A stretch of DNA of 64,000 nucleotides from Paraspadella gotoi (lineage: Eukaryota > Animalia > Chaetognatha). The stretch lies in the NCBI GenBank assembly GCA_051294375.1, contig CM119263.1, positions 4,759,737 to 4,823,736 of the forward strand. Direction: 5' to 3'. Shown here one piece after another: positions 47,643-61,679 of this stretch. The notes under the pieces were generated by a model. That model was given only the letters and a program-made list of their open reading frames with translations. It was not told the origin of the DNA and did no database searches. Position 1 is the first letter of the stretch. Each line of letters starts with the position of its first letter. A program made the translations under genes and the position numbers.

Positions 47643-49519
47643 TGCTCAGATTAGTGAATCTGGAATCCTCTGAATCTCCGATTATCCGATTCGCGATAAT
47701 AACGGAATTTCGCTCCGCGGAAAAGACAAGCGACAATTAACGTTTCATCGCTCAAATCTAAGGACGGAGAACGAGCGACGAACGAAGCGACGATGCACGA
47801 CTAGGATGACGACGACGACGACGAAAGTGTGGAAAAATCTCAATACCCGAAGCGGAAGACGACGACGTTGGAGAAGACGACGGAGAGAGCAATGTTGACA
47901 CGACGACGATAAAATATGAGAAAGCAACGATTGTATATATTTAACATTATGCGCGTTAATATCGTCAAACGATGACGGCCAAACGACAAAATACGACGAC
48001 AAACGACTAACTAAGAAGACACGACGACTATCGACGACAAATTTCCAATTTAAGTTTCCATAAAATCATCGAGAAAGACCACGAGAGAGATGAACATCAA
48101 GAGGAAAGGAAGGCAGAAATCGCGACATCGTCGTTGAACGTTGAAGATGGAGGCTACAAAAAGTCCACTTGTGGAGATTGGGAGAAAACGACGACGACGA
48201 ACGACGACGACACAACAGAACAACAACGACATCGAACACAACACACGACGACAATTCTGCGAAACTCTCGAACGTATGACGTCGGTAAAAACTAATTAAC
48301 CGCGATGGCAATCGACAGTAAAAAATGCCGCGTGACGAAAGATGCATCGACTGTATTCGCCGCAAACGACGTCGCCCCGACGCCGTTCCGACGCCGCCCT
48401 CGGGTCCCAACGCCGGCCACGACGACGCCAACGACGCCGCTCGCACCCACCAAAGAGCGCCGGGGTCTCGGCGTCGCCGACTGTAAAACCCCGACGGCGA
48501 CAACAACGCCGGATATAAAACCCGCGACGCCAGACGCCGTTCGTATCGCGCTGCCGCAAGCCGCAGCCGCAGCCGCAGCCGCAGCCCCCCCGGGGGAATT
48601 TTCGGGTTTTTACGGACGACTTTGCGTTTACAGCGAAAAGATCATCGGAAGAGGAAGGGAGTGGAGGGAGGGGAATGGGGAAAGGGGATGGGGGAGAGGG
48701 GAGAGAGAGGAAAGGGTGAGAAAGAATGGAGGGGAGAAAGAGGGAAGGGGGGAGGGGGAGGGAGAGAGGAAAGGGTGAGAAAGAAAGGGAGGAGAGGAAA
48801 GCGGGAAGGACAGAGAAAGGAGAGAGGAAAGGGTTGGGAAGGAGAGAGAAGATAGGAAGGGGGAAGCGGGAGTGTGGTGGAGGAGGTGGGAGGAGATGAG
48901 GGAATAAGGGAAGGAGAGGGAGGAGGAGAGGGAGGAGAGGAGAATGACCGAGAAGGAGGGAAAAGCGCGCGGTGGGCGAAGCGATGATGGTTTTTGGTTT
49001 GTATGTTGTTGTTGTTGTCGTCGTTGTCGTTACAGCACGAGTGGGCGAGAGTGGGAGACGTTGGCGCTAATGGCGACCAAAATGGCCGACAGGGTTTCCG
49101 GCGACTATCAGAAGGAGGCGTTCTTTAAAGAAAAGGGCGAGATGTGAAGCATGGCATGACAGGGCATGAAAAAGCAGAGATGTCCCACTTTTCGGGTAGT
49201 CTTGGCATGCCGGACGGGTCCGTGGTTCCCTGCTAAAATTATGGACCGATAGGTGACGCATGACGGACGGACGGATTTAGGGAGGGACGGACCGACGGGT
49301 ATGACGTCGTGACGCCGTTATGGGTTCGAGGTCGGAGCTGAATTCCGGCGACGCCGAGTCGTGGAGCGGCGTGGGCGAGACTGGGCTCAGCGGCGCCTCG
49401 CGTCTAAATCCTTTGAGAACGCCGCTTTGAGAAAGATGACAACGACGAAGACGACGACGATGAGGAATGAAGACGATGATGACGATGACAACGACGAGGA
49501 TGACGTCCACGAAGATGTC

Positions 49520-49639
49520 GATTGCGACGACATTGTCAAGTCAAGTCAAGTCAGGATTGCGACATTGTCAAGTCAAGTCAAGTCAAGGTTGCGACGACAT
49601 TGTCAAGTAAAGTCAAGTCAAGATTGCAATGACATTGTC
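49520..49639. repeat. Nested repeat GATTGCGACGACATTG + (TCAAG)n, about 3.5 units
   Basis: Seen directly. Confidence 0.85.
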
Positions 49640-49968
49640 TCATCAAAAAATCGTTGGCTCTGCTAATATGTGCAATTCACTAGTGGCGCCTAGTGGCGGT
49701 GCTGGAAGAAGCAGAGCATAGAAGGGAAGGGTGAGGGAGGGAGAAAAGAAGAGAGAGGATAAAATGTGATCGGGTTTCGTTTTTCCTGAACCGATCTTTC
49801 TCCATCTCTCTCTCTCTCTCTCTTCTCTTCCTTCCTTCTCCTCTCTCCCTCTCNNNNNNNNNNNNNNNNNNNNNNNNNNNNNNNNNNNNNNNNNNNNNNN
49901 NNNNNNNNNNNNNNCGCGTCTCATTCATTATTCAGACTCGAGAGGGCGAATCCCTCTATCGTTTTCGA

Positions 49969-50020
49969 ATCACGTGACCCTCGCGTCATCCATCGCGGGT
50001 CACGTGATCTTTCACGTGAC
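49969..50020. promoter_or_regulatory. Cluster of three TCACGTGA E-boxes, two of them forming a 12-bp inverted repeat
   Basis: ATCACGTGACCC (49969-49980) / GGGTCACGTGAT (49997-50008), plus TCACGTGAC (50012-50020), in a CpG-rich context. Confidence 0.4.
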
Positions 50021-50350
50021 TCCGGCGTGACTCTCGAGTGATTTTTCGCGACTCGTGTGAGGCACGCCGGCTTTTTTTTTTAATTTTTAAATCCCACGAG
50101 TTAAAGGTTACCTCTTTGTGAAAGATGCCTTCATATGTGTCCGAGGTTTTTAAATATTGTGATCTGGTATCTCCAAGTAAAAAAAAAATAAATAAATAAA
50201 TTCATGAATTAATAGAAGTTAGGTTTGTTTAATAACACTTTGAGTTTTAAACAATTTCATCACGATATATTTCGTCATTTTGATTGTAGCCGCCGCCGAC
50301 GCCGCCGCCGCCGCCGCCGACGACGCCGCCTCTAAGGGTTTTCCCTTAAG

Positions 50351-50412
50351 TTTGATCGGTGGTTGCCATTCGATCCGTGGTTGCCGTTTGATCCTTGGTT
50401 GCCATTCGTGCC
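50351..50412. repeat. 18-bp tandem repeat GGTTGCCATTCGATCCGT, about 3 units
   Basis: Seen directly. Confidence 0.8.
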
Positions 50413-50542
50413 ATCAGTGTCGATGTCACTTCAACCAATCGACATCTGCGCCTCAATTTCGAACCAAAAAAAGAAAATTCCGTTTTTGGCGAAAAAGATT
50501 TTTTTTGTTATTGTAAGGCTAAGTTCCGCTCGGCTTTTTGCT

Positions 50543-50612
<70 letters not shown>

Positions 50613-50739
50613 GTCTTTTCTATCTCTCTCTCGTCTCTCTCTCTCCCTCTCTCTTCTCTCTCATCTCTCTCTCTCTCTCTCTCCTCTCTTCGGTCTTTTC
50701 TATCTCTCTCTTCTTGATAAAATACCTTTTTTGAATATA

Positions 50740-51599
50740 TACTTAAATAACATATTAAAAACTAAAGCATATTAAGATTCGTATCGAGAGAGAGTATGGA
50801 AAAAAAGAACGGATCTATGTGTAAACACTGAAATTGTAAACTAGTATATAGTTAGTCCACTTTGTAATTTTTTTGCTAATTTATTACATTTCTTGAAATA
50901 ATGTGTAACTACAATATATGTAAGCTCATTAACAATTGCATGTTACTGTTTTTAAATTTTCACATTTTGAGCATAATAAATCAAATCAAATCAAAATCCT
51001 CTCTCTTCTTTCTCTCTCTCTCTTTCTTTCTCTCTCTCCATCTTTCTTTCTCTCTATGTCTGTCTGTCTGTCTGTCAGGTGGGTATTTTTGGGGACGAAG
51101 TAAAGAGACGATAAAAAATCGGACGGTTGAACCGAATAACCAAAGTTGCGCCTTTGATCGACTGCGCTGCCGCTGCCGCCCTGCCGCAGCAAGCCGTCGC
51201 CGCCCACTGCAGCCGTGGCTCAACTTTTCGCTTCGAGAAATAAATTCCCGAGTTTTTCAAGCATGGCTCTCCCCTTTTCTCACCGCCTCTCTCTCCTTCC
51301 CTCCTCTTTCCCTCTCTCTCTCTCTCTCTCGCTTTCTCCCCCCTTCTCTCACCCCTTTCCTCTCTCTCTCTCAAACCCCACGCTCGCAAATGTCCTTCCC
51401 TTAAATCTATGCGAAACCAAACATAAAACTTTTTCGCGTCGATTAAGTCGGAAACAACAAAACAACAACAACAACAGAACAGCAACCCACGCCCTCAGAG
51501 TTTATCCGCTCATCTCGTCCGTTTTTTATTTTTCCTCTCAGATCGACAGACAGACGGACGACGATTCTAAACCGAAACTCGATAAAAGATTGTCACACG

Positions 51600-51639
<40 letters not shown>

Positions 51640-51647
51640 CGAGAGAT

Positions 51648-51687
<40 letters not shown>

Positions 51688-51804
51688 CAGAATCCCAGGG
51701 AGAAAGACATCCTAAATCACGAGAAAAAATGGAGGACCGAGACTCAGACTCCGGAAGTTAATGTCGTTGGGGAATGGAAACGCGGCGTCCCTTGTTTGCT
51801 TAGG

Positions 51805-51880
<76 letters not shown>

Positions 51881-54800
51881 TCTCTCTCCTCTCTCTCTCT
51901 CACTGAGCCTCCTTTCCCATCGCCACCCCGCATTCTCCTGTCCCTTCTCAGACTTTTCCCCTCGCCATCTATGCATACCTTCGCTCACACACCGCTGCAG
52001 CTTTTTTTGAAGGATTAGAAAGTGAGAACTTTTACCTTCCTCATTAATCATTTAATTTTCTTCTTTATAATCAACTATTTTCCATCTTTTCTTTCATGAT
52101 TGTACAGATTAATTTGTGGATTATTATTATTCTGATTAAGTTATTAAATTTTTTTATTCTATTGCCCTGAAGGTTTAATATTGATATTTTACATGGTAAA
52201 TGATCATGTTTGTTTGTGGTTCAATTAATAGCTGATAATTAATGATTTAATTAACTAATTACCAGTACACACAGTCATTATCAATTTAATAATCATTTAA
52301 TTATCATTTAATAATTAGTAGTACAAATTACATATCCTGAAATCAAAAGTACGGAAAAAAATTACATATGAGACCATTATTATATTCTACAAAGATAAAG
52401 AAATTAGTATTATAAAAATGATGCCTTTTTCATGATTAAAATAAAAATAAACTAATAATGGTTAAAGAGAAAAATTCACCCCTGAAATAGTAGCGAAAAA
52501 AATATTATGTTTGTTTTTAGTTAAAATAAATTGCGATACTTTTATAGAAATTGAGATCGAATGGAAATTTGAAATCCGAAATCAAAAAACAAAACAAAAG
52601 ATGAAAACCGAAAGAAATAACGAAAGCCAGAAAGAAATTAAAAGGAACGATGCCGACGACGACCATAAGCACTCTTCCTTCCTCTCTCTCTCTCTCTCAT
52701 CTCTCATCTCTCCTCTCTCTCTCTCTCTCGTCTTCTCTCTCTCTCGTCTCTCTCTCTCTCTCTCTTCTGCCTTTACACGCCTTTTTTTGGTAAATCTCTA
52801 TTTGACGCATGCAAATCCGAGATTTATCTATCATCTATCTATATAAGGTCATACTCTTATCCTGCTCTTCCCCTCTCTCATCTCTTCTTCTCTCTCTCTC
52901 TCTCTGTCTCTCTTCTCTCTCTCTCTCTCTCTTCTCACTTTATTTTTCTTATTCTCTTCACTCAATCTTTGAAAAAAAAATTTACACTGCGATAAATTGC
53001 TTTGCACCCTCTTCCCTATAATCCGCATTACAAAACAACAACAACAACAACAACAACAAACAACAACAACCACAACAACAACAACAACACAAACAACAAC
53101 AAACAACAACAACAACAAAAAACAACAACAACAAAACAACAACAACAACAACAACAACAAAAAAGCGACAGAGCTAAGTCGCCACTGGAGATTAGTCTCT
53201 TGTTTCTCTCTCCTCTTTTCTTCCATCAAAGTAAATCCCATGTCAGCTCAATTAGTAAAAAATAACCTCTTTCTCTCTTTTTTTCTCCCTTTTTCTCTCT
53301 TTTTCTTTTTTATTCTCATAATTTTGTCCCGTTTCTCGTCTCTAGTTTATTTTCGACTTATTAATACTATTAAATGCTTGGATAACCATTAACCAGTCAT
53401 TCTATTTCTGATTGGTCGATTGGGAGTTAGGACGGCCAATCGAACTATTGAATATTTATCCGAATCACGTTAATAAGTTAATTGTCTATTTTCTATTTTC
53501 CTTTCATTTCTTTCGCGCCGTTAGCTATTTTTCCCCCTAGGAATTAAAACTTTTATCGAGCGGTCAAACAGATTGTATAAATATAATCATAACATAAAAA
53601 AGATTTTAACAATTCATTGTTGTCAAAATTATATAACAACGTGCCCAGAACCCTACATAAAGTGTCTGCAGAAAATTGGGTTTTACTATTTTCTAAGCTT
53701 CTTCGGGTCGCGCGTTCGCAGGCGTCACACTCCTCCGAAAGGTACGAAAGAGTTTTTGATTAATTACTTTGTTATATTTTCGATTAATTAAACCCGTAAA
53801 AACTTTAGTTCAACGGGCAGACCGCTTACATGATTCGATATGAATATTGAATGAACATTTCGACAATCGAGATCTAAACATTAAAAAACGGATAAAGAAT
53901 GTGGGTCAAATTTACTTGACCTGACAAAAAAGGGAGAGGCGAGCATCACATTTTCATCAGTGTCCTTGTCGTTATTAAGTAAATTAAATAAATGTACGTA
54001 ATTCTCACTTTTTAATCTTTTTTCTTTTTAATAGTTTTTTTTCCTGGTGTACTTTTTTTTTCGATGTCCGAAATCTCTCCACTCCCCTTTGCCCCCCATT
54101 TCTATCCTCCATTCCTCAATCCAAACAAGCGACGACGACGACGACGACGACGACGAAACGTCAACAACACAGTTAACCACCGCCGCCGCAGCCACGGCAG
54201 TAGCAACACCAGCAGACGACGCCCATACGCTGCACCACGCTAATCCACTTATGCTTTGGATTGGAAACTCTTTTTTTTTCTATTCTTCGCCTAAAAGAGA
54301 AAAGGGAGAGAGGCACCCTCGTTTGAGGTCAAATCTTGCAACGCCATTCCTTCTATTTATTTTGTCTCCTTCTATCTCTTTTATCTTCCTTCTATCTTTT
54401 TTCTCCTCCTCTATCTCTTTACTTTTATTTCTATTTTCTTTTCGTTCCCTCTATCTCTTTTCTCTTACCTCTATCTGTTTTCTCTTTCCTCTATTTTTCG
54501 TTTGTTTTTTTTTTGGCTGTATATTCGATATGTGGGACGGGATGGAGAGAGAGAGAGAGAGAAGAGAGAGAGGAGAGAGAGAGAGAGAAGATAGAGAGAG
54601 AGAAGAGAGGGAGGAGAGGAGAGAGAGGAGAGACAGAGAAAGAGAGAGACAAAAGAAAAGATTAAACTGCTGACAACAAAGCCAACTAAAAAAAAAAAAT
54701 GAAAAATAGTGGAACCGAAAAAAAGAGAGAAAAAGTCTTGAGTTTTTGGCGACGACAATAAAAAACATGACAAAAACTGTTACGAACCACCATTTTCACC

Positions 54801-56359
54801 GTCCATAAATTTATGGGGCTCCAAATATTCATATTCTGAAGAGGGTACGGGAGAGAGAGAGAGAGAGAGCGAGAGAAGCGAGAAGAGAGAGAGAGAAAGA
54901 GAGAGAGAACCGGTCCAAAGGTCCATCAAGTCATCCAAATCCATCGGTGCCGGGTCGTCTTTGAGAAGCAGAACCTCGCATTTGCTTATTAGGCGATTCC
55001 GGTTTGCATGAAATCCAAATAGAGAGAGAGTAAAAGAGAGTATAGAGAGAGAGGAGAGAGAAGAGAGAGAGAGCCAATTGACAAGCCCCTATGATTAATT
55101 ACTGATTTTCTTGTATTTTTTCCATTTTTCCCTTTTACCACACTCCTCCGGTGAGAATGGAGGAGGGAAGGGAAATATACTAACTCCCAAAAGGAAAACC
55201 TAAAAAGGAAGGAAAGATAAGGAAATAGAGATACTAGAAACAATAAATCAAAGACAAATACCCAAAAGGTATAACGATACGTCGGTATTATGCGGTCTGT
55301 AACGTTGTTTTTATCGTGCGTTAGTGATCTTACGAAATGACCTAAAAACAAACAAATTTTTCGCAAACAATTTAATTATTTATTTTAAATTATTAAGTTA
55401 ATTTCATTACTTAATTAAGTAAAATAAATTAAACGTAGTAAATTACCGGCATAAAGAAATGGAATAGGGAANNNNNNNNNNNNNNNNNNNNNNNNNTAAA
55501 TAACATATAAAAACTAAAGCATATTAAGATTCGTATAGAGAGAGTATGGAAAAAAAGGAACGGGATCTATGTGTAAACACTTAAATTGTAAACTATGTAT
55601 ATAGTTAGTCCACTTTGTAATTTTTTTTCTAATTTATTTACATTTCTTTAAATAATGTGTACATACAATATATGTACAGCTCATTAACAATTGCATGTTA
55701 CTGTTTTAAATTTTCACATTTTGAGCATAATAAATCAAATCAAATCAAAATCTCTCTCTCTTTCTTTCTCTCTCTCTCTTTCTTTCTCTCTCTCCATCTT
55801 TCTTTCTCTCTATGTCTGTCTGTCTGTCTGTCGGTGGGTATTTTTGGGACGAAGTAAAGAGACGATAAAAAATCGGACGGTTGAACCGAATAACCATAGA
55901 TGCGCCTTTGATCGACTGCCGCTGCCGCTGCCGCCTTGCCGCAGCAGCCGTCGCCGCCCACTGCAGCCGTGGCTCAACTTTTCGCTTCGGAGGAAATAAT
56001 TCCGAGTTTTTCAAAGATGGCTCTCCCCTTTCTCTCCGCCTCTCTCTCGCTCTCCCTCCTCTTTCCCTCTCTCTCTCTCTCTCTCGCTTTCTCCCCCCCT
56101 TCTCTCACCCCTTTCCCTCTCTCTCTCTCAAACCCCACGCTCGCAAATGTCCTTCCCTTAAATTCTATGCGAAACCAAACATAAAACTTTTTCGCGTCGA
56201 TTAAGTCGGAAACAACAACAACAACAACAACAACAGAACAACAACCCACGCCCCTCAGAGTTTATCCGCTCATCCTCGTCCGTTTTTATTTCTTCCTCTC
56301 AGATCGACAGACAGACGGACGACGATTCTAAACCGAAACTCGATAAAAGATTGTCACAC

Positions 56360-56400
<41 letters not shown>

Positions 56401-56573
56401 AGACAGAGAGTCACGAATCGAGGAAACATCCAAATCACAAACGAAAATGGAGGACGAACTTCACGACTTAGGAAGTTATGCTTTGGGAATGGAAAGCGGG
56501 CGTCCCTTTTTGCTGAGGACCTTGCTCTCCTCTGCCTCTCTCTCTCCTCTCTCTCGTCTCTTTCTCTCTCCCT

Positions 56574-56608
<35 letters not shown>

Positions 56609-57374
56609 CTCCTCACTGAATCCTCCTTTCCCAATCGCACTCGCATCTCCTGCCCTCTCAGAACTCCCCTCGCCCATCTATGCATACCTTCCCACAACAC
56701 CGTCAAGCTTTTTGAAGAATTAGAAAGTGAGAAACTTTTACCTTCCTCATTAATCATTTAATTTCTTCTTTATAATAACTATTTTCCATTTTTCTTTCAT
56801 GATTGTAGCAGATTAATTTGTGGATTATTATTATTCTGATTAAGTTATTAAATTTTTTTATTCTATTGCCCTGAAGGTTTAATATTGATATTTTACATTG
56901 GTAAATGATCATGTTTGTTTGTGGTTCAATTAATAGCTGAATAATTAATGATTTAATTAACTTAATTACCAGTACACACAGTCATTATCATTTAATTATC
57001 ATTTAATTATCATTTAATAATTATAGTACACATTACATCATCCTGATCAAAAGTACGGAAAAAAATTCATATGAGCCATGTATTCATTTTATATTCTACA
57101 AAGTTAAAGAAATTAGTACTTATAAAAATGATGCCTTTTTCATGACTAAAATAAAATAAACTAATAATGTTAAAGAGAAAAATTCACCCCGAAATTGTAG
57201 GAAAAAAAATATTATGTTGTTTTTTAAGTTAAAAGAAACTGCGATACTTTTAATAGAAATTGAGATCGAATGGAAATTTGAAATCCGAAATCAAAAACAA
57301 AACAAAAGATGAAACGAAAGAAAACGAAAGCAGAAAAGAATTAAAAGTGAACGATGCCGACGACGAACATAAGC

Positions 57375-57405
<31 letters not shown>

Positions 57406-57706
57406 AAAAACCCACCCATAAGAGAGAGATTCTCTCTCTCTTCCCTTTCACTTTTGGTAAATAGCTATATTTGACGCATCAAATCCGAGATTATCTAATC
57501 ATACATCAAAAGGTCATAACTCTATCTCTCTCTCTCATCTCTCCATCATCTCTCTCTCTCTTCTCTCATCTCTCTCTCATCATCTCTCTCTGTCTCTCTC
57601 ATCTCTCTCTCTCACTTTTTTTCTTATTCTCTTACATCAATACTGAAAAAAAAAATTTAAACACTGCGATAAATTCTTTGCAAACCTCTTCCCTATAATC
57701 CGCATT

Positions 57707-57755
<49 letters not shown>

Positions 57756-59454
57756 ACAACAACAACAACAAGCAACAACAACAACAACAACAACAACAAC
57801 ACAACAACACAACAACAACAACAACAACAACAAAACAACACANNNNNNNNNNNNNNNNNNNNNNNNNAAAAGCGACAAGAGCTAAGTCCGCCACTGGAGA
57901 TTAGTCTCTTGTTTCTCTCTCCTCTTTTCTTCCATCAAAGTAAATCCCATGTCACTCAATTAGTAAAAATAACCCTTTCTCTCTTTTTTCTCCCTTTTTT
58001 CTCTCTTTCTTCTTTTTTATTCTCATAATTTTGTCCCGTTTCTCGTCTCTAGTTTATTTTCGACTTATTACTACTATTAAATGCTTGGATAACCATTAAC
58101 CAGTCATTCTATTTTCTGATTGGTCGATTGGGAGTTAGGACGGCCAATCGGAACTATTGAATATTTATCCGAATCACGTTAATAAGTTAATTTTCTATTT
58201 TCTATTTTCCTTCCATTTCTTTCGCGCCGTTAGCTATTTTTCCCCCTAGGAATTTAAAACTTTATCGAGCTGGTTAAACAGATGTATAAAATAATCATAA
58301 CATAAAAAAGATTTTAAAATTCATTGTTGTCAAAATTATATAACAACGGTGCCCGAGACCCTACATAAAGTGTCTGCAGAAAATTGTTTACTATTTTCTA
58401 TGCTTCTTGGGTCGCGCGTTCGAGGCGTCACCCGTCCGAAAGGTACGAAAAGAGTTTTGATTAATTACTTTGTTATATTTTCATTAATTAAACCCGTAGA
58501 AACTTTAGTTCAAACGGGCAGACGCTTACATGATTCGATATGATATTGAATGAGACATTTCGACAAACGAGACTAAACATTAAAAACGGAATAAAGAATG
58601 TGTTCAAATTTACTTGACCTGACAAAAAAGGGAGAGGCGAAGCATCACATTTTCATCAGTGTCCTTGTCGTTATTAAGTAAATTAAATAAATGTAGTAAT
58701 TCTCACTTTTTAATCTTTTTTCTTTTTAATAGTTTTTTCCTTTGGTGTATTTTTTTTCGATGTCCGAATTCTCTCCACTCCCCTTCCCCCCATTTCTATC
58801 CTCCATCCTCAATCCAAACAAGCGACGACGACGACGACGAAACGTCAACAACAACAGTTAACCACCGCCGCCGCAGCCACGGCAGTAGCAACACCAGCAG
58901 ACGACGCCCATACGCTGCACCGACGCTAATCCACTTATGCTTTGGATGGAAAATCTTTTTTTTTTCTATTCTTCGCCTAAAAGAGAAAAGGGAGAGAGGC
59001 ACCCCTCGTTTGAAGGTCAATCTTGCAACGCCCTTCCTTCTATTTATTTTGTCTTCCTTCTATTTCTTTTATCTTCCTTCTATCTTTTTTCTCCTCCCTC
59101 TATCTCTTTACTTTTATTTCTATTTCTTTTCGTTTCCCTCTATCTCTTTTCTCTTACCTCTATTATTTTCTCTTTCCTCTATTTTCTGTTTTTTTTTGGC
59201 TGTTATTAATGTCGATATGTGGGACGGGAGAGAGAGAAGAGAGGAGAGAGAGAAGAGAGGACAGAGAAAGAAGAGAACAAAAGGAAAAAGATTAACTGTG
59301 CAAAAAAGCCAACTCAAAAAAAAAATGAAAAGTGGACCGAAAAAAGAGGAGAAAAGTCTTGAGTTTTGGCGACGACAATAAAAAACATGACAAAAACTGT
59401 TACGAACCACATTTTCACGTCATAAATTTAATGGGGCTCCAAATATTCATATTC
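50740..59454. repeat. Direct duplication of ~4 kb, 50740-54835 versus 55497-59454
   Basis: Both copies start TAAATAACATAT..AAAACTAAAGCATATTAAGATTCG and end GGGGCTCCAAATATTC.TATTC. They differ mainly by 1-nt indels, and the second copy begins right after the 25-N gap at 55472-55496. Confidence 0.95.
53030..53160. repeat. (CAA)n microsatellite, duplicated at 57707-57842
   Basis: Imperfect trinucleotide run. Confidence 0.93.
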
Positions 59455-60292
59455 NNNNNNNNNNNNNNNNNNNNNNNNNNNNNNNNNNNNNNNNNNNNNN
59501 NNNNNNNNNNNNNNNNNNNNNNNNNNNNNNNNNNNNNNNNNNNNNNNNNNNNNNNNNNNNNNNNNNNNNNNNNNNNNNNNNNNNNNNNNNNNNNNNNNNN
59601 NNNNNNNNNNNNNNNNNNNNNNNNNNNNNNNNNNNNNNNNNNNNNGAGAGAGAGAGAGAGAGCGATTGACAAGCTATTAAATTGTCTGATTTCTGTTTTT
59701 TTCCATTTTTTCCCTTTTGTCGAACGACGGCGCCTGAGGTAATGGAGCGAGGGGGGAAGGAAATTGAATCAAACTCCGTGAAAAGGAAAGAGAAAAGGGA
59801 AGAAAGGAAAGGAAAGAGAATAGAAAAAAAAGGAAAGGNNNNNNNNNNNNNNNNNNNNNNNNNNNNNNNNNNNNNNNNNNNNNNNNNNNNNNNNNNNNNN
59901 NNNNNNNNNNNNNNNNNNNNNNNNNNNNNNNNNNNNNNNNNNNNNNNNNNNNNNNNNNNNNNNNNNNNNNNNNNNNNNGGAAAGGAAAGGAAAGGAAAGG
60001 AAAGGAAAGGAAAGCAAATAATTAAGTGGAGGTAATTCGATATCGGATCCACGATGAACGAAATGTCGCGTTATTCGTCTCGGAATAATGAGGTAAGTAT
60101 CAGGCGGGTAAGTTCGCATCGAAAAAGGAAATGGTAGCCATGGAAACGCAAAATGGTTCATAAAGCGACGACGTCGGAGTAAATATTGATTTTCGATACG
60201 AATTATTATGGGATTATGGTGCTGTTAGCTTTCTCGGTATGGACCATGAAATTGGCCAGAAAAAAGGTCCTATGGGAAAAAAGGCAATTTTC

Positions 60293-60371
<79 letters not shown>

Positions 60372-60850
60372 TTATAAAACAAATAATGTCAGCCAAATAT
60401 ATAATAACAATAATAACAATAATCATACATATAATTAATATTTCTGACAGAAGGCATTGAATCACCTAATTACATTAGGAATTAATAGACGAGAGTGATT
60501 TTGTCGAGATAAAAGGATGCAATCATACAAGGAAGGAAAGAAAGACGGACAGTAGATGGAAAAAGGATGAAAGAAAGAAAAAAATGAGGAAAGAAAAAAA
60601 AATAAAAAGGAGGAAAGAAAGAAAATAAAAAAAAGGAAAGAAAGAAAATAAAAAAGGAGGAAAGAAGAGGAGAAACGGGAATCCTTTGTTTTTACTTGAT
60701 TGAGTTGATTGCGCTGTTCAGTCAGGCGGAGGCGAGCAGTCAATCAGGCAAGACTGATTGACTACAGATTTGAAACTCGTTTACCGAGGGAAAAAGAGAG
60801 GAAAGGATAAAAAAAAAGAAAAAAGAAAGAAAGAAAAAAAGAAAGAATGA

Positions 60851-60879
<29 letters not shown>

Positions 60880-60906
<27 letters not shown>

Positions 60907-61679
60907 AATTTCAATATCCTTTGCCATCTAACCTTAATAATTTAATAATGAAAATTCTATCTCTTTTACTAATCACATATCACTGCTTAATTACCACTTC
61001 ACCTACATCTTCCAATCACCTACCACTCCATCTCATCACCTCCCTCTCCTATTTTAANNNNNNNNNNNNNNNNNNNNNNNNNAGGGAGGGGGAGGTCTGA
61101 TTAAAAAGGAAAGGAATACAGTAGGGCGGAGCCGATTAAAAAGAAGGGAGAGGTGAATTAAAAACAGGAAAGGGGAGCGCGATTAAAAACAGAGGGGGGA
61201 GTGATTAAAAGGACGGAAGGCCGACGGCGATTAAACCACAGCAAGAGGGCGCGAGCAGGTGATTAAAAAAAAAAGGGAGCTAAAACGGGGCGGGAGCGGA
61301 ATGTAAATAAAGGAGAGGGACGCAAAAGAGCCGCGAGAGAGGGGAGGTGGATTTTAAAAAAAGTTAAAGAGAGGGCGGAGTGACAATTAAAATAGGAGGG
61401 GAGGTTGAATTAAGAAGGCAGAGGCAAGGTGCCTTAAAAGGAAAGTGAGGGCGAATTATAAAAAGGAGAGGGGGAGAGAGGGGGAGGTTGATTAAATAGG
61501 ACGGGGAGAGTGATGAAATGGGTGGTAGGTGATTGGAAAGATTGTGAGCGTAAGTGGTAATTAAGGGCGGAATGATATGTGGATTAGTAAAAAGATAAGA
61601 ATTCATTTAATTTAAAAATTTATTAAGGTTACGACTGGCAAAGGATATTGCAAATTTCTTTCTTTCTTCTTTCTTCTTT
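60880..61679. repeat. Inverted repeat with arms 60880-61057 and 61492-61679, enclosing a 25-N gap and a ~20-25-bp minisatellite (GGGGGAGGTGATTAAAAAGGA, 61083-61500)
   Basis: CAATATCCTTTGCCA...TCCAATCACCTACCAC is reverse-complemented in GTGGTAGGTGATTGGA...TGGCAAAGGATATTG. GATTAAAA recurs about every 20-30 bp between the arms. Confidence 0.85.

Noticed and set aside
48305-48778. 157-aa Thr/Pro/Ala-rich ORF
   Set aside because: Derived from noisy CGACGC/GCAGCC repeats and a purine tract; no splice or domain support.
49678-49700. CTCF-like CACTAGTGGCGCCTAGTGGCGG
   Set aside because: The spacing does not fit the CTCF core; it is simply a 10-bp duplication.
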